Notes: a model not told the origin generated them from the sequence alone. Positions 1 through 10,486 are shown, counted from the first letter of the stretch. The stretch: DNA of 64,000 nucleotides from an uncultured delta proteobacterium (GCA_963712115.1 CAVQGX010000043.1:73072-137071), one strand, 5' to 3'. Made by a program: numbers and translations.

Positions 1-2577
1 TATCAATATTTTACCTTCTTTTTTTCCTATTTGGATATAGTCTAGAATTCTTAGCTGAGCCTGCTCGTCGATAACGGGTCCCATGTAGTTAGCTGGATCT
101 TCTGCAGGACCTATGTTTAGCGATTCTGCCGCCTGTGCTAGGCGATGAACAAACTTGTCGTAGATGGGTTCCAAGACGATCACTCTGGAACAGGCTGAAC
201 ACTTTTGCCCCTGAAAGGCAAAGGCCGACTGAAGTATGTGGACAATGGCTTCGTCTAGGTCGGCATCATCGTCAACGATTATGGCGTTCTTGCCACCCAT
301 TTCAGCAATAACCTTTTTCACTTCCGCCTGCTGTGGTTGCACTTTACTTGCTCTCCCGAGTATGCGGAGGCCAACCTCCATGGAACCGGTAAAGGCGATG
401 ACACTCACATCAGGGTGGTCCACTAGGTAATCGCCAATTACTTTGCCCCGTCCCGGGGTATAGTTGAAGACGCCTTGGGGTAGACCGGCCTGCTGGAAAA
501 TCTCGGCTAAGGTGAAGCCTGTAACAGACGAGAGGCCGGAAGGCTTATATATCACGCAATTGCCCGCGACAATTGCCGCTGCAGACATGCCGCAACTTAT
601 AGCGAGAGGGAAGTTCCAGGGGGCGATGACCACGGCCAGACCTTTAGGTTGATAAAAATAGTGATTCAACTCACCGGGGGCTCTTCCCAGGGGAGTTTCC
701 TTGCCTAGTCGGATCATCTCTTTTCCGTAATATTCCAGGAAATCAATAGCTTCTCCAACGTCGGCATAAGCCTGGTCCCATTGCTTACCCACTTCCAGCA
801 CCTGCCAGGCTGCTAAATTGTATATACGGTTACGGGCGATATCTGCGGCTCGGAAAAGATATTGGGCTCTATCTTTGGGTGACGTGTCCCGCCAAGAGGG
901 GAAAGTCTCCTTGGCAGCTGCAATGGCGGAGTCAATCTCCTTGGTGCCAGCCTGACATACATGGCCGATTACTTCTGACGGTTTTGCCGGATTTAAAGAG
1001 GGCAGGGTGTCTCTTGTTCTCGTCTCTCTACCTGCAATCAAGAGGGGATAAGTGCGTCCCAGCATCCCTCGCACCTGGGTAATTGCTTGCGGAAATGCTG
1101 ACCTTATTTCGGACTTGGTAAAATCCACCGTAGGATGGTTAATAAAGGGACTTAAGCCATTTTTATTGTTTGTTGTTAATTCTTCGAATATACTAGCTTT
1201 TTCTGTATCAGACAATTGCTCAACTGGGTCCGCCAGGAGCTTGTCTATATCCAATTTTTCGGCAAAACTCTGGCGGAGAAAGGACTCATTTGCTGTATTT
1301 TCTAGAAGGCGACGGACCAGATAGGCCATACCAGGCAAAAGCTCACCGTAAGGGCAGTATAGTCTTACCCTTTTTACCACCTTTTGCAGTGCTTTTCTAA
1401 CCGGTTCTGCCATGCCGTATAGAACCTGGAATTCATAGCGGTCTTCGGGCACCTGCAATGTATTCGCCGTCTCCAATACGGCGGAAATGCTTCGGATATT
1501 GTGAGAGCCGCAGGCTAAGTGGCAGATGTCGTGGTTTTGCAAAATTTTCTTTGCCTGGCGTTCGAAGGCGGCGTCAGTCTCAGCCTTGATTGTATAAACG
1601 GGCACTTTCCATCCGTGCTGCCTGGCAATAACAGTTTCATAATCCCAGTAGGCTCCTTTGACCAGCCTGATAGAGAAGGGCAGACCCTCATCTCGCGACC
1701 AGTTAAGCAAGTCATCCAGGTCTTCATCTGTGTCACGCAAATAGCTCTGCAGCACTAAACCAAAGTTGGAATAATTCCTAAATTCTGGAGAAGAACGTAG
1801 CCTGCGGTACACTTCTAGGGTTATGTCCTTATATTTGTACTGTTCCATGTCGATTCTGACAAAAGCTGCCATTTCCTTGGCCTTAGATAAAATGGGCTTG
1901 AAACGATCGCTGATGGCTTGGACAGAACCCTCAAAATCGGCAGGATTGGCCTGGGAGTATAAACTTGAAGGCTTGACCGAGATGTAGACTTTGGCTGTAT
2001 GGGCCCAATCCAGTCCTGAGGCTGCATCCCCAAGGCTTGTCCAGTTTTTTTCCTCCTTTTTCAGGTTATCGAGAAGATCGAGGTAGCTCAGCTGATATTG
2101 TTCAGCCTCTTTCTTGCTCACCGAGGCTTCACCTAGTATGTCGACGGTAAAGCCGAAGTTGTTTTTTCTTAGTTTTGTCAATACCTTAAGAGCCTCTTTG
2201 GTGTTTTCACCTATAATGAATTGTTTGGCCATACTTTCGATGTTGGCTCGGATAGTTTGAGCCAAAATTTTGCCGGCAACCCTACCACCTATACCAGCGG
2301 TCTTGGCGCCCCACTTAAGCACGGAGGGAATGTCCTCGTCGTCGTCGGCGAAATATTCTTGAATGTGACGACTGAGAGATTCACTGGTGGTCAAGTAGGG
2401 CATTACATCGACAAAACGGAAAAGCTGGACCTTGAAGTTATCATTACTCATGCACCAGTCTGTGAGTTTTCCGGTCCACCATCCTTTATCGAATATGGAG
2501 GGTGTTTCACCCCTGATTACCGAAAAGAACTCTTGGCCTCGCGCTTTGATTCTCTTATCAAGATCTGGGCTGTCCAT
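1..2577 (-). CDS. putA: Bifunctional proline dehydrogenase / P5C dehydrogenase, truncated by the window edge
   Basis: Not in the ORF track because there is no stop in the window. Manual translation from ATG 2577 (GGAGG SD) gives MDSPDLDKRIKARGQEFF...FKVQLFRFVDV, a Geobacter-type PutA N-terminus. The same frame has the ALDH catalytic motif FQGQKCSACSR near 190-220. Confidence 0.93.
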   Translation of the reverse strand, partial: MDSPDLDKRIKARGQEFFSVIRGETPSIFDKGWWTGKLTDWCMSNDNFKVQLFRFVDVMPYLTTSESLSRHIQEYFADDDEDIPSVLKWGAKTAGIGGRVAGKILAQTIRANIESMAKQFIIGENTKEALKVLTKLRKNNFGFTVDILGEASVSKKEAEQYQLSYLDLLDNLKKEEKNWTSLGDAASGLDWAHTAKVYISVKPSSLYSQANPADFEGSVQAISDRFKPILSKAKEMAAFVRIDMEQYKYKDITLEVYRRLRSSPEFRNYSNFGLVLQSYLRDTDEDLDDLLNWSRDEGLPFSIRLVKGAYWDYETVIARQHGWKVPVYTIKAETDAAFERQAKKILQNHDICHLACGSHNIRSISAVLETANTLQVPEDRYEFQVLYGMAEPVRKALQKVVKRVRLYCPYGELLPGMAYLVRRLLENTANESFLRQSFAEKLDIDKLLADPVEQLSDTEKASIFEELTTNNKNGLSPFINHPTVDFTKSEIRSAFPQAITQVRGMLGRTYPLLIAGRETRTRDTLPSLNPAKPSEVIGHVCQAGTKEIDSAIAAAKETFPSWRDTSPKDRAQYLFRAADIARNRIYNLAAWQVLEVGKQWDQAYADVGEAIDFLEYYGKEMIRLGKETPLGRAPGELNHYFYQPKGLAVVIAPWNFPLAISCGMSAAAIVAGNCVIYKPSGLSSVTGFTLAEIFQQAGLPQGVFNYTPGRGKVIGDYLVDHPDVSVIAFTGSMEVGLRILGRASKVQPQQAEVKKVIAEMGGKNAIIVDDDADLDEAIVHILQSAFAFQGQKCSACSRVIVLEPIYDKFVHRLAQAAESLNIGPAEDPANYMGPVIDEQAQLRILDYIQIGKKEGKILI

Positions 2578-2939
2578 CTCTGATAGCCTCCATGAATTCA
2601 TTCACAAGTATAGATGATTACAATTATAAGCTTTTTTCAATAACTGATCTTTTCACTTAATAACAAATTTGGCTAGTTTTAGCCTCCAATTACACTGCTA
2701 TTATAACAGCCATTGTTCTTTGCCATCTATAAAACCATTGAAGGGTGGTCTAGGATCGAAAGGATAATTTTGTTAAAGCAAGTCGGAAGTGCGAGGCCAA
2801 AAGGAGGGGTGTTGCGGGAGATCTCAGGAGGGTGCTACTAGCAGAATTATTATCACAGAAATTAAAGTTTACATAATATACATTATCAGACTATATTTCT
2901 CTGCCGAAAACGAATCATGGGAGCAACCCCCTTCCCACC

Positions 2940-2971
2940 AAAAAAAGAGGCCGGACAGGATCTCCGGCCTC
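2940..2971 (-). terminator. Rho-independent terminator after dsrC
   Basis: Minus strand GAGGCCGGA-gatcctg-TCCGGCCTC followed by T7, about 70 nt after the dsrC stop. Confidence 0.85.
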
Positions 2972-3043
2972 GAGCAAACACTAATCCTCTTTGGGAGAGT
3001 CTTATACTTCCCACCCCCAGTGAAAAAGTTGTAGAATCCCTAG

Positions 3044-3361
3044 TTAGACACAACCGGTGGGCTTGGGAAGCCCAGCCATCTTACAGGCGCCTTTGCCTGG
3101 TCCAGAGGGAAAGAGCTCGTAGATATATTTGAGCTTGTACCCCGTCACCTTGGTAAGGATCCGGACCATGGGTGCAATACCGTGCTTCTGATAGTAGTCC
3201 TGCAGTACGTGGATGACCTTCCAGTGCTCTTCGGTCAATTCCTGAATTCCCTCAGACGCCTTTACGTAATCGACCCACTCGGTGCACCAACTGTCAAAAG
3301 CATCGATGAAGCCGTCTTCATCAATCTCGAACGTTTTGCCCATGTGCTCAACTGTTGCCAT
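3044..3361 (-). CDS. dsrC: Sulfur-carrier protein DsrC
   Basis: IDEDGF N-terminus and C-terminal GPGKGACKMAGLPKPTGCV with both conserved Cys. ATG 3361 follows a GGAGGT SD. Confidence 0.97.
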   Translation of the reverse strand: MATVEHMGKTFEIDEDGFIDAFDSWCTEWVDYVKASEGIQELTEEHWKVIHVLQDYYQKHGIAPMVRILTKVTGYKLKYIYELFPSGPGKGACKMAGLPKPTGCV

Positions 3362-3382
3362 GAAATTCACCTCCTGATTTTA

Positions 3383-4849
3383 TTAGCGGACCCCGTCGCC
3401 AACCCCAGTGTTGGTAGTCCGGTGGTCCATTTTTCTTTTTTTCTCCTTAGTATTACCTCTCAACTCCCGTTGGTATGCCAGGGCCCGTCGGATCAACCCC
3501 TCGGCCCATTCCGGTGTACCGATGGCGTGCACATGCGAATAGGTGGCCAGTATATTTTTATAACACACTCCATCCTTTCGATCCAAGATGCCGGACCCTC
3601 TCCTCATGGCGAATGCTAATGATTCAGGGCTAAGGTCGAAGCGGGTCACCCGGGAGTAATGAAATTCATGTCCCTTCAAGGTGGTTCCCACTGGATAAAA
3701 AGGATTTCTCTTCACCACTTCCAGCTCGGTGTAGCCGTGTCCTTGTGGCTTTTTCTCAAGCCGGAAGTCCATCGGCAGAGCTTGTACCATAGGATAGGTG
3801 TTGCCCTTGATCTCCAAGTTTCGTCCCAGGTACATGAGGCCACCGCATTCAGCGTAAACCGGCAGCCCATCTTCAATTGCCGATCTGAGTCCTGTTCTCA
3901 GTTGATCATTGACAGCCAATTGCTCCGCATGTGTCTCGGGAAAACCGCCGCCGATATAAAGCCCGTCCAGTTCTGGAAGAAAGGTGTCTTGCAAGGCGTT
4001 TATGGTCACCAAGTTAGCCCCCCTTCTTTCAAGGGCCTCGAGATTCTCAGGATAGTAGAATTGGAAAGCAGAATCCCTGATAATCCCAATAGTTGGCTGG
4101 CGATAAGCTTTGCTCGCCCTCTTCCTGGGGTAAACTGGCTCCCAGGTCAACGGGGGAGCCTGGTCGGCTATTGTAAGTACCTTTTCCAGATCCAGGTAGC
4201 GTTCTACAACCTGAATGCGAGCGAAAATAGCCTCCCTTGCTTCCGGATGCTCAAGGGCGGTGACCAAGCCCATATGCCGCTCAGGGAAGTCATCTTCCTT
4301 GAGCTTGGGAATGGCACCTACCACTGGAACCCTGCAATAACGCTCAATTGTGGTTTTCAGCATCTCCTCGTGGCGGGGTCCTGCCACCCGGTTCAAAACT
4401 ACACCCTGGATAGCGACCTCAGGGTCGAGATGCTGGCAGCCCAGGACAGCCGCAGCCGCAGTGCGAGTGACCATGGTACCATCTACCACCAAAATGACCG
4501 GGGCCTGGAGTAATTTGGCCAGTTCTGCGGTGCTACAGGAGCCGTCAGCGTCCATTCCGTCAAAAAGGCCACGATTACCCTCGATTACTGCGGCTTCAGC
4601 TTTCTGAACGTGTTGCCAGAATGAGTCGAGGATTTGCTCCCCGCTCATCATATACGGATCTAAATTGTAGCAAGGCTGGCCGGCAGCCAGGGCAAGCCAG
4701 CCCGCGTCAATATAGTCAGGGCCCTTTTTAAAGGGCACAACCTCCCCTACCCTTTGCCGCCAGGCGGCAACCAATCCAAGGGAAAGGGTGGTTTTTCCTG
4801 AACCCCCGCGTAGACCTGCAATCACTACGCGGGGTTTGCTGTTATCCAT
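3383..4849 (-). CDS. dsrN: Siroheme amidase DsrN (CobB/CbiA family)
   Basis: GGSGKTT, FKKGPDYID, EGNRGLFDG, YAECGG and GHEFHYS motifs; lies between dsrB and dsrC. Confidence 0.92.
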   Translation of the reverse strand: MDNSKPRVVIAGLRGGSGKTTLSLGLVAAWRQRVGEVVPFKKGPDYIDAGWLALAAGQPCYNLDPYMMSGEQILDSFWQHVQKAEAAVIEGNRGLFDGMDADGSCSTAELAKLLQAPVILVVDGTMVTRTAAAAVLGCQHLDPEVAIQGVVLNRVAGPRHEEMLKTTIERYCRVPVVGAIPKLKEDDFPERHMGLVTALEHPEAREAIFARIQVVERYLDLEKVLTIADQAPPLTWEPVYPRKRASKAYRQPTIGIIRDSAFQFYYPENLEALERRGANLVTINALQDTFLPELDGLYIGGGFPETHAEQLAVNDQLRTGLRSAIEDGLPVYAECGGLMYLGRNLEIKGNTYPMVQALPMDFRLEKKPQGHGYTELEVVKRNPFYPVGTTLKGHEFHYSRVTRFDLSPESLAFAMRRGSGILDRKDGVCYKNILATYSHVHAIGTPEWAEGLIRRALAYQRELRGNTKEKKRKMDHRTTNTGVGDGVR

Positions 4850-4867
4850 AGATTTCAGGTTTCTTTC

Positions 4868-5983
4868 TTACCACTTGAACTGAGTGGTGGTTCTCCAGGT
4901 GGTCATGGCCAACCGGTAGTCGTCAATGTGCTCATGCCGGAATTCCAGTTCGGCCTTTTCGAAGAACTTCTCCCAGCCGATTCGCTCTATCCATTCACCC
5001 ACACGCTCGTAACGGTTGGCGTCGCTGGCGTAAAGATCCACAATCTTTTTTATGGTCTTGACCGTGGTGGGCCAGCGTGGCGGCTCGTTGGGAATGTAAG
5101 GCACAGCCAGCTTGGAAAACTTGGGAGCACAGCGCGAGTTAGAAACCTTACCGCCTACCCATAAGGCAATGCCATCTCCCTCGGCGCTCGCTAGGGGCAT
5201 AGCTGGACACATGGTGTAGCAGTTGCCGCAAAACATGCAACGCTCGTTTTTTACCGCCACGGTTTTGAGCTCGCCTTCCTTGGCCGGTTTGATGGCTGCG
5301 GTGGGACAAGCAGCGATGGCCAGCGGAATCTCACAGACCTTGCCGACTCGTTCATGCTCAATGAAAGGCGGCTTTCTGTGAACGCCGAGGATGGCGATAT
5401 CCGAGCAGTGCACGGCGCCACACATGTTGAGACAACAGGCCAGAGAAATCCGCACCTGGGCCGGAAGACGCATGCCACAGAAGTCATCATAGAGCTCATC
5501 CAGTACCGCTTTGACGATACCGGAAGCGTCGATGGCCGGGGTGTGGCAGTGGAGCCAGCCCTGGGTGTGAACGATGTTGGTAACACCGGCGCCAGTACCG
5601 CCAATGGGGAACTTGTTGCTGCCACCGGCGAACTTCCGGCCCTTGAGGTCCTTGATCAGCGGCTGCAGCTTGGCCTTGTTGTCGACCATGAACTCCACAT
5701 TATTTCGAGTCGTCCAGCGAACATAGCCTTCGCAGTGCTTGTCGGCGATGTCGCAGATTTCCCGGATGATGTCAACGCTCATGAGTCGGCAGCCGCCCAC
5801 CCTGACGGTGTAGACTTCCGCACCGGTTTCCGAGACATGGACGAGCACCCCCGGCTCGAGAATGTCGTGATATTTCCACTTGCCGTAGTTTTCCTTGATC
5901 ACAGGCGGGAAAAACTGCTCGTAGTGCGGCGGCCCGATATCAGTGATTCGGTCTTTCATCGGTTCATTAGGATCATATGCCAT
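4868..5983 (-). CDS. dsrB: Dissimilatory sulfite reductase beta subunit
   Basis: [28 protein letters not shown], ferredoxin motif [13 protein letters not shown]-terminal TTQFKW. Confidence 0.99.
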   Translation of the reverse strand: MAYDPNEPMKDRITDIGPPHYEQFFPPVIKENYGKWKYHDILEPGVLVHVSETGAEVYTVRVGGCRLMSVDIIREICDIADKHCEGYVRWTTRNNVEFMVDNKAKLQPLIKDLKGRKFAGGSNKFPIGGTGAGVTNIVHTQGWLHCHTPAIDASGIVKAVLDELYDDFCGMRLPAQVRISLACCLNMCGAVHCSDIAILGVHRKPPFIEHERVGKVCEIPLAIAACPTAAIKPAKEGELKTVAVKNERCMFCGNCYTMCPAMPLASAEGDGIALWVGGKVSNSRCAPKFSKLAVPYIPNEPPRWPTTVKTIKKIVDLYASDANRYERVGEWIERIGWEKFFEKAELEFRHEHIDDYRLAMTTWRTTTQFKW

Positions 5984-5995
5984 TGTGTTAACCTC

Positions 5996-7270
5996 CTAGG
6001 CATGGTGTTTCTTGCGGAAAGCTACTCCATCAATCTCCCAACCACCGGGTACATCTTCGCGGTCGTAGAAGATGTAGGGGTTGTAGCGCGGTGTGTTGAT
6101 CATCCGTGGATCGGGCTCCAATTCAACCGCTTTGAGGAATTCCCTGAGGCCTAGCCTCTGGATCAATTCGCCCAGGCGCTCGCGGTTCTTGCCCTCCTCC
6201 ATCCACCAATCCCACATCTTTTCCACGAAGTCCTTGAATTCTTCGTACGGCTCTTCCATCTTGATGAAGGGGATGATCACGCTGGAAAGCTGCGCACCCT
6301 CAAGGATGGGGGCTTTAGCACCGCACAGGATGGTGGCGCCCACATCTTTTCCCGGCCACAAGGCCCGGGGCATCACATTGATGCAGTGCATGCAGCGAGT
6401 GCAGTTCTCATCCCAGATCTTAAGGTTCTTGCCGTCCCAGTCGATGCAGCGGGTGGGGCACAAATCGCATACCTCTTTCTGAATATCCAGAGCGCTCGCT
6501 CCTGTGCCATGAGCATTGCCGTTGGGGGCGAACTCACCGGCGGCATAAGCCCTTACAGCCTTCTGGTCGATGCGGATGTTGTCACGCCAGGTGCCGATGA
6601 TTGAGCAGTCGGCCCGGGCAATGGCGGCCACACAGTCGTTGGGGCAGCCCGAGGTCTTGAACTTGAACTTGTATGGGAAGGCAGGTCGATGGAGTTCGTC
6701 CTGGTATGTGTGGGTGAGGTCGTAGGTGATAGCCTGGGTGTCTATACAGGACCACTCGCAGCGGGCCTTGCCCAGGCAGCAACTGGGGGTACGCAGGTTG
6801 GAGCCTGATCCACCCAGGTCCATGTTAAGGTTATGGGTCAATTCGTAAAAAACCGGCTCCAGCTCGTCGGTAGTGGTGCCGAGGAGGATGACGTCACCGG
6901 TTGAGCCATGCATGTTGGTGAGGCCGCTGCCGCGCCTCTCCCACAGTTCACAGAGTTTTCTGAGCTGTTCGGTGGAGTAAAACTTACTTGCGGGCTGATT
7001 CACACGTAGGGTGTGAAAGTGGGCCACGTTGGGGAAAAGGTCGGGGCGGTCGCAATAGCGGCCGATAACGCCTCCACCATAACCCAGCACGCCCACGATG
7101 CCGCCGTGCTTCCAGTGCCCCTCTTTGTCTACATAGGACTGTTCCATTACGCCCAAGAGGTCATCGCACATGGGTTTTCTCTCGGCCATCTGCTTGATGT
7201 CCGAGATGAAGCTTGGCCAGGGCCCCTTTTCCAGCTCGTCCAGCAGGGGGGTCTTGTGTTTTAGAGCCAT
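5996..7270 (-). CDS. dsrA: Dissimilatory sulfite reductase alpha subunit
   Basis: TPLLDELEKGPWPSF, HWKHGGIVGV, siroheme/4Fe-4S motif CLGKARC...GCPNDC. ATG 7270 follows a GGAGGT SD. Confidence 0.99.
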   Translation of the reverse strand: MALKHKTPLLDELEKGPWPSFISDIKQMAERKPMCDDLLGVMEQSYVDKEGHWKHGGIVGVLGYGGGVIGRYCDRPDLFPNVAHFHTLRVNQPASKFYSTEQLRKLCELWERRGSGLTNMHGSTGDVILLGTTTDELEPVFYELTHNLNMDLGGSGSNLRTPSCCLGKARCEWSCIDTQAITYDLTHTYQDELHRPAFPYKFKFKTSGCPNDCVAAIARADCSIIGTWRDNIRIDQKAVRAYAAGEFAPNGNAHGTGASALDIQKEVCDLCPTRCIDWDGKNLKIWDENCTRCMHCINVMPRALWPGKDVGATILCGAKAPILEGAQLSSVIIPFIKMEEPYEEFKDFVEKMWDWWMEEGKNRERLGELIQRLGLREFLKAVELEPDPRMINTPRYNPYIFYDREDVPGGWEIDGVAFRKKHHA

Positions 7271-7464
7271 TCCATTTACCTCCTTCAAGTGGAAATCATT
7301 TCCTTGCCTAGTGAATGCGGATTTATCTCAACCGTGAAATTCTCACCTCCCCTCTCATGGCTGTTATTTGGATAAACAGCTTTATCTTTTTGCAGTAATT
7401 ACAAATAGTTGCGCTATTCAAATTTAGGTGGGACAGGTCTGAGATGCAATCCATAGCGCTATTC

Positions 7465-7522
7465 GTGAATCAATTCACTCAGTGATTTATGTTTGTATAA
7501 ACCGTCTTTTGAATTTTGTCAA
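7465..7522 (-). promoter_or_regulatory. dsrA sigma70 promoter with downstream Rex-like palindrome
   Basis: TTGACA (7522-7517), 17 nt, TATACA (7499-7494). GTGAATCAATTCAC at 7465-7478 resembles the Rex core GTGAA-N4-TTCAC. Confidence 0.75.
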
Positions 7523-7881
7523 TCAAAATAAGATCAGGGAAATAGCTGGGGGGCAAGGTGGAAGGATCTGGACCGCAGTTACCAGTGCCCTACCCTCTCA
7601 GATGCAGGTATTTAACTCACCCGCAGTTGTAGTCTCACTTATTGGTGCCTTAACAGAGAAGGCCGCCCCAATTTCCTTAAGAGTTGGTTGCGGCCTCGGG
7701 CTTAACGTGTTGAGGACAATGGTGAAGCGTTTTGTTCGAAGGCCAAAATAGGCTGTCAAGTTAAAATCAAGACCGACCTCAAGAAATCAAGTCGGCAAAG
7801 GTCTTTGGGGGGTCGAGCTCGTGATGCATCCCTTGCATCAAGTGGTAAAACAGCCAGATTTGACACTGGCCAGGTGATGGC

Positions 7882-8124
7882 CTAGTCGCCCATCCCCTTC
7901 TCTTCTGCACCCAGGTCGGCATGTTCGGGAAGTAAGTAAAGTGTGGTACTGCCGCTGGACCAGTACTTCAGCTGACCGTCATTGACCATCTCGTTTATGA
8001 CTTTCTTAACCTGGCGCATTTTCATGTCGGGTAGTGCCTTGCAGAGCTCATTGAAATAATGCTTGGTTTTCCCCTTTTTAGATTTCATGAAATCGATAAT
8101 TGCCTGCTTCTCTGCCTCGCTCAT
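7882..8124 (-). CDS. dsrD: DsrD (DsrAB activator, winged-helix)
   Basis: 80 aa with KTKHYFNE and YWSSGSTTLY signature; upstream of dsrA. Confidence 0.95.
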   Translation of the reverse strand: MSEAEKQAIIDFMKSKKGKTKHYFNELCKALPDMKMRQVKKVINEMVNDGQLKYWSSGSTTLYLLPEHADLGAEEKGMGD

Positions 8125-8164
8125 TTCTTCCTCCTTGAGGGGTAGTGAATGTCTAGACGAATAA

Positions 8165-8217
8165 GTGAATCAATTCACTCACTCATCATCTATAATCCGC
8201 AGCCTACCTTTTGTCAA
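8165..8217 (-). promoter_or_regulatory. dsrD sigma70 promoter with identical Rex-like palindrome
   Basis: TTGACA (8217-8212), 17 nt, TATAGA (8194-8189). GTGAATCAATTCAC at 8165-8178. Confidence 0.75.
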
Positions 8218-8354
8218 TAAAAAAAGCTGGCAAGGATAACCTATCTTTTGTTGTCCGGAGCCTCTATATATTATATAAAGATTAGGTTTATCTGTCGCCC
8301 TCTGGAAGTACACAAACAGAAAGCCTACTAGGCTAGCGAAATCGAGGGTCTTGC

Positions 8355-9095
8355 ATGTCTCTCAAGAAACACCTGGAGGAATTAGAAGCTTTTCGGGCCA
8401 CTGACAATGAGCCAGGCATTGCCAATGCCTGTTTCAAGATAGGCGACCTCTACCTCAGCAAAGGTAAGTGGAGTGATGCCAAAGAATATCTGAGAGAAGC
8501 AAAGGCCATATGTGGAAAACTGGGCAACGAAGAAGGATCCGCCATAACCGCCATTGGACTGGGAGATGTTTACCGTAATACCCGGAATCTTGAAACAGCC
8601 CGCAACCACTACGAGCAAGCCCTGGATTTTTTCGAAAAAGAAGGGAACGAAAAGAAAATAGCTAATCTGATGGAGAGATTGGGAGATCTTTCTAGAGAAC
8701 AGGGAGATTTCTCCCGGGCAATGGAGGCCTTCGCCAGGGCACGGCTCATCTGTCAGAATCACGGCGACGAAGTTGGCACAGCCCATTTTAGCGAGAGAAT
8801 GGCCCTGGTGCACAGGCAACAGGAGAACTTTGGTTCAGCAATCGAGTGTTTTCAACAAGCGCTGAGTTATTATGAGCAACACCGTGTTGCGGATCGACTT
8901 GCCTTTGTCCTCACTGGCTTGGGTGAACTTCAATACAAAATAGGACAACCACAGGAAGCTCTGGATTACCTGGGCAGGGCCTTGCACATCTACAAGAGGC
9001 TGGGGGCGGGCAAGCCAGCAGAATTGCTAGCAGCGGAAATAGATGCCATTCAAGCCACTTTGGAAGACGAGAAAAAGGAGGTGGATAAAGTTTGA
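8355..9095 (+). CDS. Tetratricopeptide repeat protein (~40-aa TPR-like repeats)
   Basis: Repeated LGxxYxxxGxxxxAxxxxxxAL units. Confidence 0.85.
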   Translation: MSLKKHLEELEAFRATDNEPGIANACFKIGDLYLSKGKWSDAKEYLREAKAICGKLGNEEGSAITAIGLGDVYRNTRNLETARNHYEQALDFFEKEGNEKKIANLMERLGDLSREQGDFSRAMEAFARARLICQNHGDEVGTAHFSERMALVHRQQENFGSAIECFQQALSYYEQHRVADRLAFVLTGLGELQYKIGQPQEALDYLGRALHIYKRLGAGKPAELLAAEIDAIQATLEDEKKEVDKV

Positions 9096-9140
9096 GTATC
9101 CCCCTGCCCTCCCCTCATTTATACTTTATTGAGTTTGCTG

Positions 9141-9169
9141 TTGACATGTGAGGGAGAGGTAGATAAATT
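9141..9169 (+). promoter_or_regulatory. Putative sigma70 promoter of the TPR-slyD unit
   Basis: TTGACA-17-TAAATT. Confidence 0.5.
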
Positions 9170-9184
9170 TGTTAATTCACGTAT

Positions 9185-9300
9185 TTACGAATTCAGGTAT
9201 TAAGGGATTAAGGAATTGAGGGATTAGGGAATTTGGGTTCCCCAGTTCCAAAACCCCAAGATTTGAAATCCCTGAATTCGGCATTCCTAAATTTCCGAAT
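9185..9300. repeat. Intergenic 8-mer-repeat imperfect hairpin element
   Basis: GGGATTAA/GGAATTGA-like units followed by complementary AATCCCTG/ATTCCTAA units. Confidence 0.65.
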
Positions 9301-9324
9301 TTATTATTATGGAGTTAGATAGTT

Positions 9325-9954
9325 ATGGAAGAGAAAAAAAAGAAAGAGGTTTCTGAAGATACGGTTTTTCGGGCTCTGAGAAGGCAGCTTTTGGCGACGC
9401 CCTACTCGGCTCCGCTGCATTACAATTTGGGTCTTGCTTACGCCCGAAGGGGCCAGCTGGACGAGTCAGTCACAGCTTTCCAACAGGCCATTGTTTTTGA
9501 CCCAAAGATGGTTGAGGCCTATATCAACCTGGGAGGAATTTATTTACGCAAAGGTAATTTGGAGGCTTGCATAGAGGCCAATCAGAAGGCACTTGAAATA
9601 AACCCCAGCCATCCTCTCGCCCACAGTAACCTGGGTTTCTCCCTAATCCAGCAGGGAAAAGTGGATGAGGGCATGATTGAGTATGAGAAGGCCCTGGAAA
9701 TAGATCCAAATCAAGCTGCGGTAAGGGCTAATCTAGGCGGGGCTTATTTCCAAAAAGGCAACTTTGAGGCAGCCATCAAAGAAAATCTCAAGGCCCTTGA
9801 ATTAAATCCTAGCTTTGCTTTGGCCCACAACAACCTGCTCCATGCTTATCGTGCAATCGACGACCAGGAGTCGGCCAAAATTCACTGTGAGAAAGCATTG
9901 GAACTCGGCTTTCAGGTAAATCCTGAGCTGGCTAAAGAGTTAGGCTGCGGCTAA
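9325..9954 (+). CDS. TPR protein
   Basis: Five canonical 34-aa TPRs (xNLG...A...AL.I.P). Confidence 0.92.
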   Translation: MEEKKKKEVSEDTVFRALRRQLLATPYSAPLHYNLGLAYARRGQLDESVTAFQQAIVFDPKMVEAYINLGGIYLRKGNLEACIEANQKALEINPSHPLAHSNLGFSLIQQGKVDEGMIEYEKALEIDPNQAAVRANLGGAYFQKGNFEAAIKENLKALELNPSFALAHNNLLHAYRAIDDQESAKIHCEKALELGFQVNPELAKELGCG

Positions 9955-9969
9955 AGGGAGTATGGGTGC

Positions 9970-10482
9970 ATGGTGAAAATTCAACCCGAAAACAGTTACG
10001 TGGTGATAAAATACACGGTAAAATTGGAAGATGGCGAGGTTATCAAGGGTGACCCCGAGGAGGGATTGGCCCATATGGAGTTTGTCACCGGTTACAACCA
10101 GGTAATCCTAGGGCTGGAAAGAAGACTAATCGGGATGTCCAAGGGAGACAGGGGTGAAGTTGCCGTACCACCAGAGGAGGGCTTCGGCTCATATGATCCC
10201 AAGCTGATACAGGAGAAACTTTACAAAGAATTTCCGGAAGGTAGGAATCTGGAAGAAGGTCGCTGGGTTAGGGCCACCAACCCTGATCATCGGGTGACAT
10301 TTGGATATCTGGTATTAGAAAAAAAACCGGACCGTATCATCCTTGACTACAACCATCCACTGGCCGGAAAGACTCTCATCTATGAGTTCACCGTTGAGAA
10401 TGTCAGAGAAGCGAACCGAGAAGAATTAGAGATTCTCAGACCTTGTGAGTTTGGGCAAACAGAGGGGCCGCCTATGGAATAG
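9970..10482 (+). CDS. slyD: FKBP-type peptidyl-prolyl isomerase (SlyD-like, no His tail)
   Basis: VIKYTVKLEDG, GLERRLIGM, PEEGFG, LDYNHPLAGKTL. Confidence 0.88.
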   Translation: MVKIQPENSYVVIKYTVKLEDGEVIKGDPEEGLAHMEFVTGYNQVILGLERRLIGMSKGDRGEVAVPPEEGFGSYDPKLIQEKLYKEFPEGRNLEEGRWVRATNPDHRVTFGYLVLEKKPDRIILDYNHPLAGKTLIYEFTVENVREANREELEILRPCEFGQTEGPPME

Positions 10483-10486
10483 GCGG

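Noticed and set aside
3383-4849. cbiA/cobB for cobalamin synthesis
   Set aside because: Position between dsrB and dsrC, with no cob genes nearby, indicates DsrN.
3659-6154. Long plus-strand ORFs (284 aa, 266 aa) opposite dsrN/dsrB
   Set aside because: Antisense shadows of highly conserved genes, with no recognisable motifs.
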